A stretch of DNA of 35,897 nucleotides, from positions 1-35,897 of the forward strand of contig CAYYGZ010000012.1 in NCBI GenBank assembly GCA_964471275.1, read 5' to 3'. Below, piece by piece: positions 9,769 to 18,842 of the stretch. Made by a program: the position numbers and the translations under genes. This stretch comes from an uncultured bacterium. GTDB lineage: Bacteria; Latescibacterota; UBA2968. The notes beneath the pieces were generated by a model, which worked only from the letters and a program-made list of their open reading frames with translations, was not told the DNA's origin and ran no database searches. Each line of letters opens with the position of its first letter. The first letter of the stretch is position 1.

Positions 9769-9883
9769 AAACCCACGCCCCTCGCAACACACCGCGCCGC
9801 CATCAACAAACAACACGCCCCACAAAAACCGTCGGCGCCCTTATGGGTAACAGATCCCCACACCACCCAGACGCCTCACGAAG

Positions 9884-9946
9884 ACATCGAACCCCGAATA
9901 TCGAACACCTTCAACATTCGATATTGGACATTCAGCATTCGACATT
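9884..9946. repeat. Short heptameric tandem repeats in partly inverted arrangement
   Basis: ACATCGA ACCCCGA ATATCGA ... ACATTCG ATATTGG ACATTCA GCATTCG ACATT; AATATCGAA pairs with TTCGATATT. Confidence 0.6.
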
Positions 9947-9970
9947 GCCCGTGCCCCTGCCTCATCCCCC

Positions 9971-11041
9971 CTACTTCCTCCCCGAAGACGTCACCCGCAC
10001 CCTTGTCCTCGACCGCAGCGTCTCGTAGTTACTCGTAATCAATCGATCACCTTCCTCGATCCCCTCAACAACCTCGATCGAATCCCGACTCTCCAGCCCG
10101 GTCTCCACCTGCCGCATCTGCGCCCGCGCGCTCTCCTCGACAAACACCACATCGTTCCCCTGCCGCTTGACGACCAATTTCTTCGGGACAACAACCACAT
10201 CGACGTGCGCGGACTTCACGATCTCGGCCCGCACAAACATCCCGGGTCGCAGCATCAGATCTGCATTACCCACGGTGGCCATCACGCGGAGTGTACGCGT
10301 CGCCGGGTCCAGAACCGGATCCACGGCCGTAATCTTCCCGTCGAAAACGCGATCGGTGAACGCGTAATTCGAAACACGCACCGGCTTCCCGAGTTCGATC
10401 GCCAGAACCTGTGAGTTCGGGATTCGCAGATCCACGAGCACCTGGCTGTAATCGACAACCTTCCCGATCACCGCATTCGCCTGGATCTCCGTTCCCTGCG
10501 TAATCTGGGTCACCTCGGTCATCACACCCGTGATCGGGGCCCTGACCTCGGTCTTCCGGACCTTGATACGGGCTTCCTCGTAACTTGTCTCCGCATCCGC
10601 CAGCGCCTTCCTCGCGTTGTTCACTTCGACTTCCGTCGTCAGCCCTCGTGCAAAGAGTGCTTCCTTCTCCTTCACCGTGTGTTGTGCGGTCTGACGCGAC
10701 AGCTTCCGCGAGGCGATATTCGCCCCCACGATCCACTCGTCATTCTCGATCCGCGCAACAACCTGCCCCTCCGTCACCGCAACCCCATCGGACAGACGAC
10801 CGATCCCCTCGACAGCAGTCAAGAACAGATCTCCTTTGACCTCGGTCAGGATCTCCGCCTCACGGATCGAGCGAAGTGTCCCCGTCGCTGTAAGGGTCGA
10901 CTCGATTGTCGACAGCGTGGCAGGTGAAACCGTCACAGGAACCGTAAGATCGACACTCCGTTCCTCGGTGGGCCTGCTGCACGCCGCGGACAGAACGACA
11001 AGCACGAGTACACAACGAATGCTGGGGAAACCTGTTCTCAC
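9971..11041 (-). CDS. RND efflux periplasmic adaptor subunit (membrane fusion protein), lipoprotein
   Basis: Likely GTG start overlapping the upstream TGA. Lipobox-like LSAAC; MFP motifs VRAPITG, DPATRT, LRPGMF and GIEEGDRLI. Confidence 0.92.
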   Translation of the reverse strand: MRTGFPSIRCVLVLVVLSAACSRPTEERSVDLTVPVTVSPATLSTIESTLTATGTLRSIREAEILTEVKGDLFLTAVEGIGRLSDGVAVTEGQVVARIENDEWIVGANIASRKLSRQTAQHTVKEKEALFARGLTTEVEVNNARKALADAETSYEEARIKVRKTEVRAPITGVMTEVTQITQGTEIQANAVIGKVVDYSQVLVDLRIPNSQVLAIELGKPVRVSNYAFTDRVFDGKITAVDPVLDPATRTLRVMATVGNADLMLRPGMFVRAEIVKSAHVDVVVVPKKLVVKRQGNDVVFVEESARAQMRQVETGLESRDSIEVVEGIEEGDRLITSNYETLRSRTRVRVTSSGRK

Positions 11042-14000
11042 CTTCTCCCTCCTCCTCTGCCAAAGCCACCTTGACGACCGCCGGGTCCTCCCCTTCCACC
11101 GAAGTTCCACGCGGGGATATCTTCTTCATACACCAGATCCGGATTGTCCGGATCCACAAAACGCCAGCGAATCGCGTCGGCGTAAAGCCGGCCATCCGCA
11201 TCGTCTGACATCTCAACCGTCGCAGCCACCTGTCCGCTGAACGAGAAGCGGCCGAGTAGATTCCAGCCTCCCTTCAGATGCTCACTCTCGATCTGCAAAG
11301 TGTCGACACCCCCACCGTGAGTGACCCGCAGTTCAAACGATTTACTCAACCGAAGTCGCCGTCTCATCTGTTGCGGCGGGTAGTAGTATGCCACGTCATA
11401 CTCACCGTCCTGCGGAATGCGTGCACGCCACACGGCCGGTTGTGCGCCGTCACCCGGCCGCTTCCACCGAAAATTCGTCTCATATCGGCCGTATGCCATC
11501 GGCAGTTCGCGTATGATCCAGTTCCCGCCCTTCAGCTGTGGACGCAGATACTTGGTGACCCGGCGGACAGGCATCGAGAACCCTTCATCTTCGTTGTCGA
11601 CCACAACTTCCGCCAACCGGGAGTCGTCATCCTCAACGGGTCTGACGTAGGATCGCGGGTTCCCGCTGACAACCTGCTCGGGAATACTCAGGGGGGCCAT
11701 CATCGGTCGCCGATTTCTCGCAAAGAACGGATCGACGGTCACGCGGGTGGGCCGGTCCCAGAGAATCAGCCCGACCTCGACTTCCGTCCCCCCTTCGATC
11801 TCGACACCCTTGACGGCCTCATCCTCCCGGCTCGCCACCGTTACCTGGACAAAGCCACGTCCCGGCTCGGCATTACGCACGCGCACCGTGACCTGGTAGA
11901 CGACCGCCCCCCACCCGTCATCCATCTTGCGCGCCGTCGCTTTTGTGAGCGTGTAACCGGGCACGTGCGTCGAGTAGATCCACTCGTTCACGAGTCGCTC
12001 GAGTGTCTCCTTCCGGTCCTCACGGCGTGTCCCCTCAGCGAACGCGGTCTCGAAGTCCTCAAAGGGCACGTCGGTATAGCGACTTCGGACGCCAATCTCT
12101 TCCATCGTCGAAAGAAAGGCCTCATCACCCACCACAGATTCCACCATACGGAACATCGTCGGGCCTTTCGCATTCAGAGCCCGGCGATACAGATCTGGTT
12201 CGGCTTCGGGATTCAGATCGGCAAATGAGCGCTGCCCCATCTCCGTCATCAACGTATCCCAGGCGGCCGACTCATTCTGCCGTGGCCGTCTCCCTCGGCG
12301 CCCCTTGCCACGGCCCCGCCTGCCCCATCGCGAGCTCGTGGACTCACGCAACGCCGTTTCCACATCCTGCTGCAAAAACAGCGGAAGACCTCGCTCGACA
12401 AGCGCAGACTGCTCACCGGAGAAGGACCGGTCAAACGACCAGAGCTGGACGATCGGACTTCGGAACAGTCCACCTCGGCCGCCTTCCTTGCTGAAGAATG
12501 TCTCCAGCACCGCTGATACGAGCAGATCGCGTTTCACCTGCGCGGGATCCTGGTCGCCACCACGGCTGAACCGTTTCCGACGTTCCAGATCGGTCCTGAA
12601 CCGCTTGCGCAGCAGGACATCCTCTTCCACCATCAGCACACCCGGCTGAACCAGCCCCCCACGCTCCTCCCAACCATCGTAATACCATTGGATCTGAAAG
12701 GGCACCTCGACAACGGAGAGTCTTGGGAACGGGTAGGGCAACCCCGTCTCCTGTTCCATCACATCGATAATCTGATCAAGCGCCCCAAGCGCAGGCTCCT
12801 CTGCATCCTTAAAAAATTCGACCAGTCGGAGATGTGTGCGATGGATATACAACGCCAGATCCACCCCATGGACGTTCGCCTCGAACACCTCGTAGTGACC
12901 GGCATTCAGCGAAAAGGCCGGAACAGCCGACTCGACACCCCACACCGACGTGACACGCCCCTCGGACGCTGACGTATCACGGACTGCGCCCTGTGTGACG
13001 ACCGTCAGATCCTCGGGGATGCTGATCGTCACCTCCGCCGTTGCGTAGTCCGGGTCGACCTCCGCTCTGTAATCGGGTCCCGGTGTTGGATACCACCTGC
13101 TGCGTGGAGGCAGAAAGACAGACCGGGGCGTAATCCACGCCGTCATATCACCCATGTAGAAGGGATGGCGGTTCTTCTTGAGCCGCGCGTCTGTCTGCGT
13201 CAGATCGAAGGCGTCCACATCGACGATCCCGGCATAGGCAACGGTCACCGCCACACTGTCTCCTGACGGAATCGAGAGTGGGATCCGGACCAGGGCCTGG
13301 GTTCGTTCGTGCGGCACGGTCACACCCCCTGCGCTAACCTCAGAAACCGCGAGACCCGCATTCAGACTCAGCAGAAGGGAATCGACGCCCACAGGTTCCG
13401 TATTCGTAAGATTCAGCGTCACCCTCGCCGACAACGGAACGCCCTGGTTCATCAAGTCGAGGGACATCGTGTAGTGGGTCACACGAGGTACGGGGCGGTC
13501 CGCCAGGGACTGGTGTTCTGCCAACAGATCTGCGCGAAACGAAACCGCGTTCGTTTCGAGACGTTCGGAATAGGCATAGACCGTTGCCGATCCGGCGATT
13601 CCGACTACCGCCATTACCCTCCCGATCCACATCCAGCTCGCCGACTGGGCCAGTCGGGGGTACCGGTTGATCGACAGGCCGAGCAGCCCAAACGCCAGGA
13701 TCACATACATCAGACGCTGACGGATCACGTCAGAGACATCACCAATGCCCAACAGGTCGGAGTAGAAAATCGGCGCGAAGAAAGCCCCGAAATCGAACAC
13801 ACCATCGTAGCGTTCGCCCAGAAACATGACGACAGCGATGGTATAGGCGCCGACCGTCAGGGCGACAGCGGTCTGCTTCCTCAGCACAGCGCCCAGCACG
13901 AAGGTCAGGGCTGAGACGAAAACGAGTGAGGGCAGTGCCATCAGCGTCAGATAGATCAGATAGGGTTCCAGCGTGAACGGCACACCCGTGATGCTGATCT

Positions 14001-14403
14001 TCGCGGCCTGGATCAGTACAGTCGTCAGCAGAACACCAAGGCTGAGCGCACCCAGCGCCGTCATCGCTCCCAGATACTTCCCCACAACGAGTTCGGCCGT
14101 CGAGATGGGACTCGCATCGACGACCTCGTGTACGTGGGCCCGCTCATCCCCTGCTCGGAAATCCCCCACTACAAAGGCCACCACGACCGTCTGCAGAAAG
14201 CTGAACACGTAGAACGGTACAAACGCGCTGATCGCGATAGCAGATGGAAACTCGACACCTCTCGCCTCCGCGATAGCCATCACGACACCGATCGCGATCG
14301 GAATCAACATCCCGAGCGTCCCGAGCACGCGAAACCGCGTACTCCGGAACAGCATTATCCGCTCGTATCGAGCCACACTGAATATGTTGAACAGAAAGCG
14401 CAT
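11038..14403 (-). CDS. ABC-2 permease fused to M1 aminopeptidase-like (no HEXXH) and C-terminal golvesin-like beta-sandwich domains
   Basis: N-terminal multi-TM region (ARYER..., ELVVGKYLG); M1-like VTHYTMSLDL, LPYPFPRLSVVE, KGPTMFRMVESVVGDEAF and LVNEWIY; C-terminal GEYDVAYYYP...GGWNLLGRFSF...LYADAIRW. ATG at 14403 fits the family N-terminus. Confidence 0.8.
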   Translation of the reverse strand: MRFLFNIFSVARYERIMLFRSTRFRVLGTLGMLIPIAIGVVMAIAEARGVEFPSAIAISAFVPFYVFSFLQTVVVAFVVGDFRAGDERAHVHEVVDASPISTAELVVGKYLGAMTALGALSLGVLLTTVLIQAAKISITGVPFTLEPYLIYLTLMALPSLVFVSALTFVLGAVLRKQTAVALTVGAYTIAVVMFLGERYDGVFDFGAFFAPIFYSDLLGIGDVSDVIRQRLMYVILAFGLLGLSINRYPRLAQSASWMWIGRVMAVVGIAGSATVYAYSERLETNAVSFRADLLAEHQSLADRPVPRVTHYTMSLDLMNQGVPLSARVTLNLTNTEPVGVDSLLLSLNAGLAVSEVSAGGVTVPHERTQALVRIPLSIPSGDSVAVTVAYAGIVDVDAFDLTQTDARLKKNRHPFYMGDMTAWITPRSVFLPPRSRWYPTPGPDYRAEVDPDYATAEVTISIPEDLTVVTQGAVRDTSASEGRVTSVWGVESAVPAFSLNAGHYEVFEANVHGVDLALYIHRTHLRLVEFFKDAEEPALGALDQIIDVMEQETGLPYPFPRLSVVEVPFQIQWYYDGWEERGGLVQPGVLMVEEDVLLRKRFRTDLERRKRFSRGGDQDPAQVKRDLLVSAVLETFFSKEGGRGGLFRSPIVQLWSFDRSFSGEQSALVERGLPLFLQQDVETALRESTSSRWGRRGRGKGRRGRRPRQNESAAWDTLMTEMGQRSFADLNPEAEPDLYRRALNAKGPTMFRMVESVVGDEAFLSTMEEIGVRSRYTDVPFEDFETAFAEGTRREDRKETLERLVNEWIYSTHVPGYTLTKATARKMDDGWGAVVYQVTVRVRNAEPGRGFVQVTVASREDEAVKGVEIEGGTEVEVGLILWDRPTRVTVDPFFARNRRPMMAPLSIPEQVVSGNPRSYVRPVEDDDSRLAEVVVDNEDEGFSMPVRRVTKYLRPQLKGGNWIIRELPMAYGRYETNFRWKRPGDGAQPAVWRARIPQDGEYDVAYYYPPQQMRRRLRLSKSFELRVTHGGGVDTLQIESEHLKGGWNLLGRFSFSGQVAATVEMSDDADGRLYADAIRWRFVDPDNPDLVYEEDIPAWNFGGRGGPGGRQGGFGRGGGRR

Positions 14404-14420
14404 ACCATCATCTGACTCAT

Positions 14421-14476
14421 TCCCTCTCCCGTATGACGGGAGAGGGCGGGTCGCCGTGAGGCGGCCCGGGTGAGGG
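14421..14476 (-). repeat. REP-like palindrome (CCCTCACCC...CCCTCTCCCGT-CAT-ACGGGAGAGGG)
   Basis: Perfect 11-bp hairpin at 14422-14446 preceded on the minus strand by CCCTCACCC; intergenic. Confidence 0.65.
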
Positions 14477-14518
14477 CTGGCTGGAGCCCGGAAATCCAGC
14501 GATCTACGTCTTCCTCCT

Positions 14519-15403
14519 CTACTCCTCTTCCAACAAACGCCCCAACCGCAGCACGTATGCATCCTCCAGGTTCGGGTCTACCGATCGAGCTCCCTCCGGG
14601 GGCTCTTCTGATCCGACGAAACGAACATCCATCTCGTTCCCCTCGTTGCTCACATTGACCACCTGAAATCGCTCCGACAACGACATAAATGCCCGATCAT
14701 TCACACGCGCTTCCCAGACACTGCCTTCCGCCGACCGAACAAACGCTTCGGGCCTCCCCGTAAACACCAGCTGCCGCGGCGCCAGCACGGCGATCTCCTC
14801 ACACGTGCTGGAGATATCCCCCACGATGTGGGTGGAGATCAGAATCGCCCGATCCGTACTCAGTCTCCCAAGTATGGCCCGAAAACGAATCCGTTCCTCC
14901 GGATCCAGACCGACTGTCGGTTCATCCACAACCAGAAAATCCGGGTCCGCCAGGATGGCCTGCGCGATCCCCAGTCGTCTCATCATACCCCCGGAGAAAG
15001 TACCAGATCGTCGGTCGCGGACCTCCGTAAGCCCCACGTCTTCCAACGCTCTGGCTACGCATTCACGACGTTCAGCGCGCTTCCGGATTCCGGCCAGTCT
15101 CGCCCGGTAGTCCAGGAACTCACCCGCCGTGAGCTGCGGGTAGGATCCGAAGTGCTGTGGGAGATACCCAAGACGTCGGCGAACCGCTTCGCGCTCGGTC
15201 ACCAGGTCGTGACCCTCGATCAGGACCCGCCCGGACGTAGGCAACATCTGCGTAGCCAGGATGCGAATCAGGGTCGTCTTGCCTGCACCGTTCGGACCCA
15301 GCAGCCCAAAAGTGCCCCGCCCGATCTCGAGAGTCAGATCCTCGAGCGCTGGCGGGGCATCTCTGCTGTAGGCCTTCGTCAGATGTTCAATCTGAATGGC
15401 CAT
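14519..15403 (-). CDS. ABC transporter ATP-binding protein (ABC-2 exporter type)
   Basis: IQIEHLTKAY, Walker A GPNGAGKTT, FSGGMMRR, LVVDEPTVGLDP, STH and C-terminal PNLEDAY. Confidence 0.95.
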   Translation of the reverse strand: MAIQIEHLTKAYSRDAPPALEDLTLEIGRGTFGLLGPNGAGKTTLIRILATQMLPTSGRVLIEGHDLVTEREAVRRRLGYLPQHFGSYPQLTAGEFLDYRARLAGIRKRAERRECVARALEDVGLTEVRDRRSGTFSGGMMRRLGIAQAILADPDFLVVDEPTVGLDPEERIRFRAILGRLSTDRAILISTHIVGDISSTCEEIAVLAPRQLVFTGRPEAFVRSAEGSVWEARVNDRAFMSLSERFQVVNVSNEGNEMDVRFVGSEEPPEGARSVDPNLEDAYVLRLGRLLEEE

Positions 15404-15422
15404 AGTCTCTCAATTCGCTCGC

Positions 15423-15869
15423 CTACCGCCCGCCGCCACCGCCACGGTTTCCACGACCGCCAGCACCCCCTCGACCACCCCGGGTGGCCTGACGCTGCAT
15501 ATGCTTCTTGAGTCGGTCGACCTGCGCCTCGTTCAGCACGCTGGACACAGCCGCCAGCAGCTTACCCCGGAGCCCCATCATATCTTCACGGATATCTTGG
15601 AAATCGCGCTCTCCGCTTCGGACACTCCGCATCAGGTCCTGCTGCTTCTGGTGTACGGGCTTGAGCGCCAGTCTCAGCCCGACGAGCTGGTCATCCGTCA
15701 GATTCGACTCTGTATCGAAAGCCAGCATACCCAGAATCTGGCTGGCATTCACGTTCCCACCGCCGCGCCGGCCGCCGCGTCCCCCGCCACCGGGCTGGGC
15801 AACAGCTGCCTCGAACGTGAAACCAACCGTCAACCCGGTGAGCAGCACAGCTATAAAAAAACGCCTCAT
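15423..15869 (-). CDS. Secreted Spy/CpxP-like (LTxxQ) helical protein with Gly/Arg-rich tails
   Basis: GGAGGT RBS; signal peptide ending AVA-Q; NLTDDQ and VLNEAQ motifs bracket a helical core. Confidence 0.7.
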   Translation of the reverse strand: MRRFFIAVLLTGLTVGFTFEAAVAQPGGGGRGGRRGGGNVNASQILGMLAFDTESNLTDDQLVGLRLALKPVHQKQQDLMRSVRSGERDFQDIREDMMGLRGKLLAAVSSVLNEAQVDRLKKHMQRQATRGGRGGAGGRGNRGGGGGR

Positions 15870-15972
15870 CGTGTAACCTCCCTATCTGTGGATGGTGTCC
15901 TTTCGGGCCAACAAGATAACACAAGCAGCCAGCGCACAAAGCCTGCAACTGTCGGTCATCGGCATCCCCCCA

Positions 15973-16001
15973 TTAGATCGGAGAAAACCACACTTTGTTC
16001 C
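15973..16001 (-). promoter_or_regulatory. Putative ECF (sigmaE-like) promoter for the export operon
   Basis: Minus strand GGAACAA-N17-TCTAA about 100 bp upstream of the first gene; resembles the RpoE-type GGAAC.../TCTAA consensus. Confidence 0.4.
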
Positions 16002-16320
16002 CTGTCACGTAGAAAAATCCGCACACACGGACACCCGTTTGAGCATATGAAGTCAGTCCGACACTCATCGGACCGATATGGGGATCCTGCACGGCGAGGT
16101 GCGAGACGACTTCCGAAATCGATATCTCCTCCACCTGCCTGACGTCAGCGCTCTGATCGACTTCGCGAATGCACTCTATATCGTTACATTAGCGAATGGA
16201 GTTCGGTAATAACCCGTTAAGTGCCGTGCCGGTGCCAGAAAGGCGGCCCATCGTGACTCGCCCTCAGATCACAGACGACTGGGAGGGTTGATGATGGTTT
16301 CGTATCTTTTTCATTCCACG

Positions 16321-16476
16321 ATGTCCAAGAAAGAGTTCGTCGCACCCACAGACACGGGGAACATGCCAAGGATGCAGGCCTTCAAAGATGCAGGCTACAA
16401 CGCGGATGGGATCGAATACATCTGGCAGGGCGAGCTGGCCCTCACCTCCCCGAAACACGATGCAGAAGTCCGATGA
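16321..16476 (+). pseudogene. Possible C-terminal remnant of a GNAT acetyltransferase
   Basis: PTDTGNMPRMQAFKDAGY resembles the GNAT C-terminal TDxxNxPMxxxFxxxGY motif; N-terminal part absent; ATGA-coupled to the next gene. Confidence 0.3.
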
Positions 16477-17945
16477 CCCTCCACATTCACCCCGACAATC
16501 CCAAGCTCTTTGAGTACAACGGGCGGCCACTCGTGCTGCTGTGCGCCACCGAGCACTACGGCGCCGTGCTCAATCGGCCATTCCGTTTCGAGCAATACCT
16601 CGAGGACGCCGCGAGCAAAGGTCAGACGCTGACGCGGCTCTTCACCCTGTTCCGTGAGCTCCAGTCGCCCCTCAATCCCTATTCGACCTGCAAGCCCGAG
16701 TCAACGGACTTCGTCACGCCCTTCCAGCGTGGTGGTCCCGGCAAGGCCCTGGATGGCTTACCCCGCTTCGACCTGACGCAATGGAACGACGAGTATTTCG
16801 ATCGCCTGGATGCGTTCGTCAAGCTTGCCGGAGACTACGGGATCGTCGTCGAGGTCGTCCTGTTCTCCAACACCTACGCCGATGACGTCTGGCAACTGAA
16901 TCCCCTGCACCCGGACAACAACGTCAACCTGGACGCTGCCCATTCGCTGAGCTGGCAAGACTACGTCACCGAGCGCAATGCCGAAGTGCTGCACTGGCAG
17001 GAGGCCCACGCCCGCCGCATCGTCGAACACACCCAGCAGTATGAAAACGTCATCTATGAAATCTGCAACGAACCCGGTTCATTCAGGACAGATGCCGACC
17101 TGCCCGGAGCCGACGAGGTCAACGCCTGGCAGTCCCGGATGATCGATCTGGTGCGCGGTATCCAGCGTGAGAGCGGCCGCCGGCACCTGATTGCCGGCCA
17201 GCAGGCGTTTTTCTACGACCCCGAGTTCGAGCAGCCTGCGGACCTCACCTTCGATGCGCTCGACTTTGACGTCGTGAACATGCACCCCTTGCCCAACACC
17301 AGCTTCCGCGGGCGCAGCTACGACATGGGTGCCTTCATGTCCAAGCAACTCAAACTCGCTGCAGTACGCGACTTCGTCCTGGCGTCATACGAAACCCCCA
17401 AGCCCCTGAACTACGATGAGGACAACGTCGCCACCCGCTTTCTCGATCCCGAGGGCTGGACCGTTCACCGCAAGCGGGCGTGGACGACGGTCCTGAGCGG
17501 CGCCCACTACGACATGATCGATTTCTCCATCATCCCCGGTCGGGAGACGGGAACGTCCGAGTCCAGCCGCTGCATCCGCACCTGGATGGGTCACCTGTCA
17601 CAGTTCATCCATTCGGTGGACCTCGTGCGAGGCCGCCCGCTGCCGATCAATTGGCTCCTCCAGCAGCCTGAGCACACGATTGCTTCCGTGCTGGCCCTGG
17701 AAGGAGAGGACTACTGTATCTACCTCGCGGACGACCGGGAACGTGAGGAGGCAGACTGCGGAGAACCGATCGAGGGTGTCCTGGAAATGGTGCTGCCAGA
17801 CGGAGACTTCACCGTCAGCACGTATGCTCCCAGTACCGGCCTCTATTCGCCGGCTTTGCCCATGAGGGGAGGGACAAGCGTGCTCGATCTCCCCGTATTC
17901 CGCCACGACGTCGTCATCCGTATCCAACGTGCTACGGCATCCTGA
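16473..17945 (+). CDS. Clan GH-A (GH5/cellulase-like) TIM-barrel glycoside hydrolase with C-terminal beta domain
   Basis: FDLTQWNDEYFDRL, YEICNEP acid/base motif, PLNYDE candidate nucleophile; no signal peptide. Confidence 0.7.
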   Translation: MTLHIHPDNPKLFEYNGRPLVLLCATEHYGAVLNRPFRFEQYLEDAASKGQTLTRLFTLFRELQSPLNPYSTCKPESTDFVTPFQRGGPGKALDGLPRFDLTQWNDEYFDRLDAFVKLAGDYGIVVEVVLFSNTYADDVWQLNPLHPDNNVNLDAAHSLSWQDYVTERNAEVLHWQEAHARRIVEHTQQYENVIYEICNEPGSFRTDADLPGADEVNAWQSRMIDLVRGIQRESGRRHLIAGQQAFFYDPEFEQPADLTFDALDFDVVNMHPLPNTSFRGRSYDMGAFMSKQLKLAAVRDFVLASYETPKPLNYDEDNVATRFLDPEGWTVHRKRAWTTVLSGAHYDMIDFSIIPGRETGTSESSRCIRTWMGHLSQFIHSVDLVRGRPLPINWLLQQPEHTIASVLALEGEDYCIYLADDREREEADCGEPIEGVLEMVLPDGDFTVSTYAPSTGLYSPALPMRGGTSVLDLPVFRHDVVIRIQRATAS

Positions 17946-17964
17946 CAACACCTTCGGAGAGCCA

Positions 17965-18783
17965 ATGAAAACCGAGCTGCAGGCCAAACAGATCGAGCAC
18001 TACCAAAGTGAGGGATGGCTCATCGTCGAAGACTTCCTGTCCGCAGACGAGTTGGAATCCATAAACACGGCCGTGGACGAAGGAGCGGCCGTCATGGGCG
18101 GCGACAAAGTGAGCGGTGAGCATAACGAAGAGATCATTGACCGCCCGGACACCCACTACAATCAGGTCTTCTTCCAGCGCGCCAACCTCTGGCGCGTAAA
18201 CGACACCATCAAGGGATTCTTCCTCAACCCCGAGTTGGGGAGGATGCTCTGCCGCCTCGCAGGCATCGACGGTATCCGGGTCTGGCACGACCAGACCCTA
18301 CAGAAGCCGCCCTGGGGCAACCCCACTTCATGGCACATGGACGTGCCCAACTGGTCGTTCCACTCCCGCGATTCCATCTCCATGTGGATCGCGCTCAACG
18401 ATGCGACGATCCAGAACGGCTGCATGTACTACATGCCGCGATCGCACCGGGCTGGCGATTTCGAACGCAAGAGTGGTTTCAATCCGAACGTAGGGGCATT
18501 TTTCGATGAGTATCTGGAGTTCCGCGACGTCGAACCGGTGGCCGTCGAGATGAAGGCGGGATCTGTCGGCTTTCACAACAGCCTCATGGCACACGCGGCC
18601 GGGGCTAACATGAAGCCCCATCCCCGCCGAGCCATGACCTGCGCCTACAGGCCGGACGGCGCGACCTTCAACGGCATCCAGAACATCCTCTCCAAGGAGC
18701 GCTTCGAAAGCCTCAAGATCGGCGACGTCCTCGACGACGATGAGCAGACACCTCTCGTCTGGTCATCGCGTATGGCCGATTGA
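17965..18783 (+). CDS. Phytanoyl-CoA dioxygenase (PhyH) family Fe(II)/2-oxoglutarate oxygenase
   Basis: WHMD (HxD), WIALNDATIQNGCM..PRSH, distal HAAG and RRA. ATG at 17965 after GGAGAG. Confidence 0.9.
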   Translation: MKTELQAKQIEHYQSEGWLIVEDFLSADELESINTAVDEGAAVMGGDKVSGEHNEEIIDRPDTHYNQVFFQRANLWRVNDTIKGFFLNPELGRMLCRLAGIDGIRVWHDQTLQKPPWGNPTSWHMDVPNWSFHSRDSISMWIALNDATIQNGCMYYMPRSHRAGDFERKSGFNPNVGAFFDEYLEFRDVEPVAVEMKAGSVGFHNSLMAHAAGANMKPHPRRAMTCAYRPDGATFNGIQNILSKERFESLKIGDVLDDDEQTPLVWSSRMAD

Positions 18784-18842
18784 GGCAGTCAGCGTCATCC
18801 CACGCCGACACCCCACACACTATTCAGCAAAGAGGAAGAGAC

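Noticed and set aside
16191..16262. GCGAATGGAGTTCG...TGACTC resembling a fluoride riboswitch
   Set aside because: P1 pairing and the 3' UGAUGACUCCUA-type consensus are poor, and no fluoride-related gene follows.
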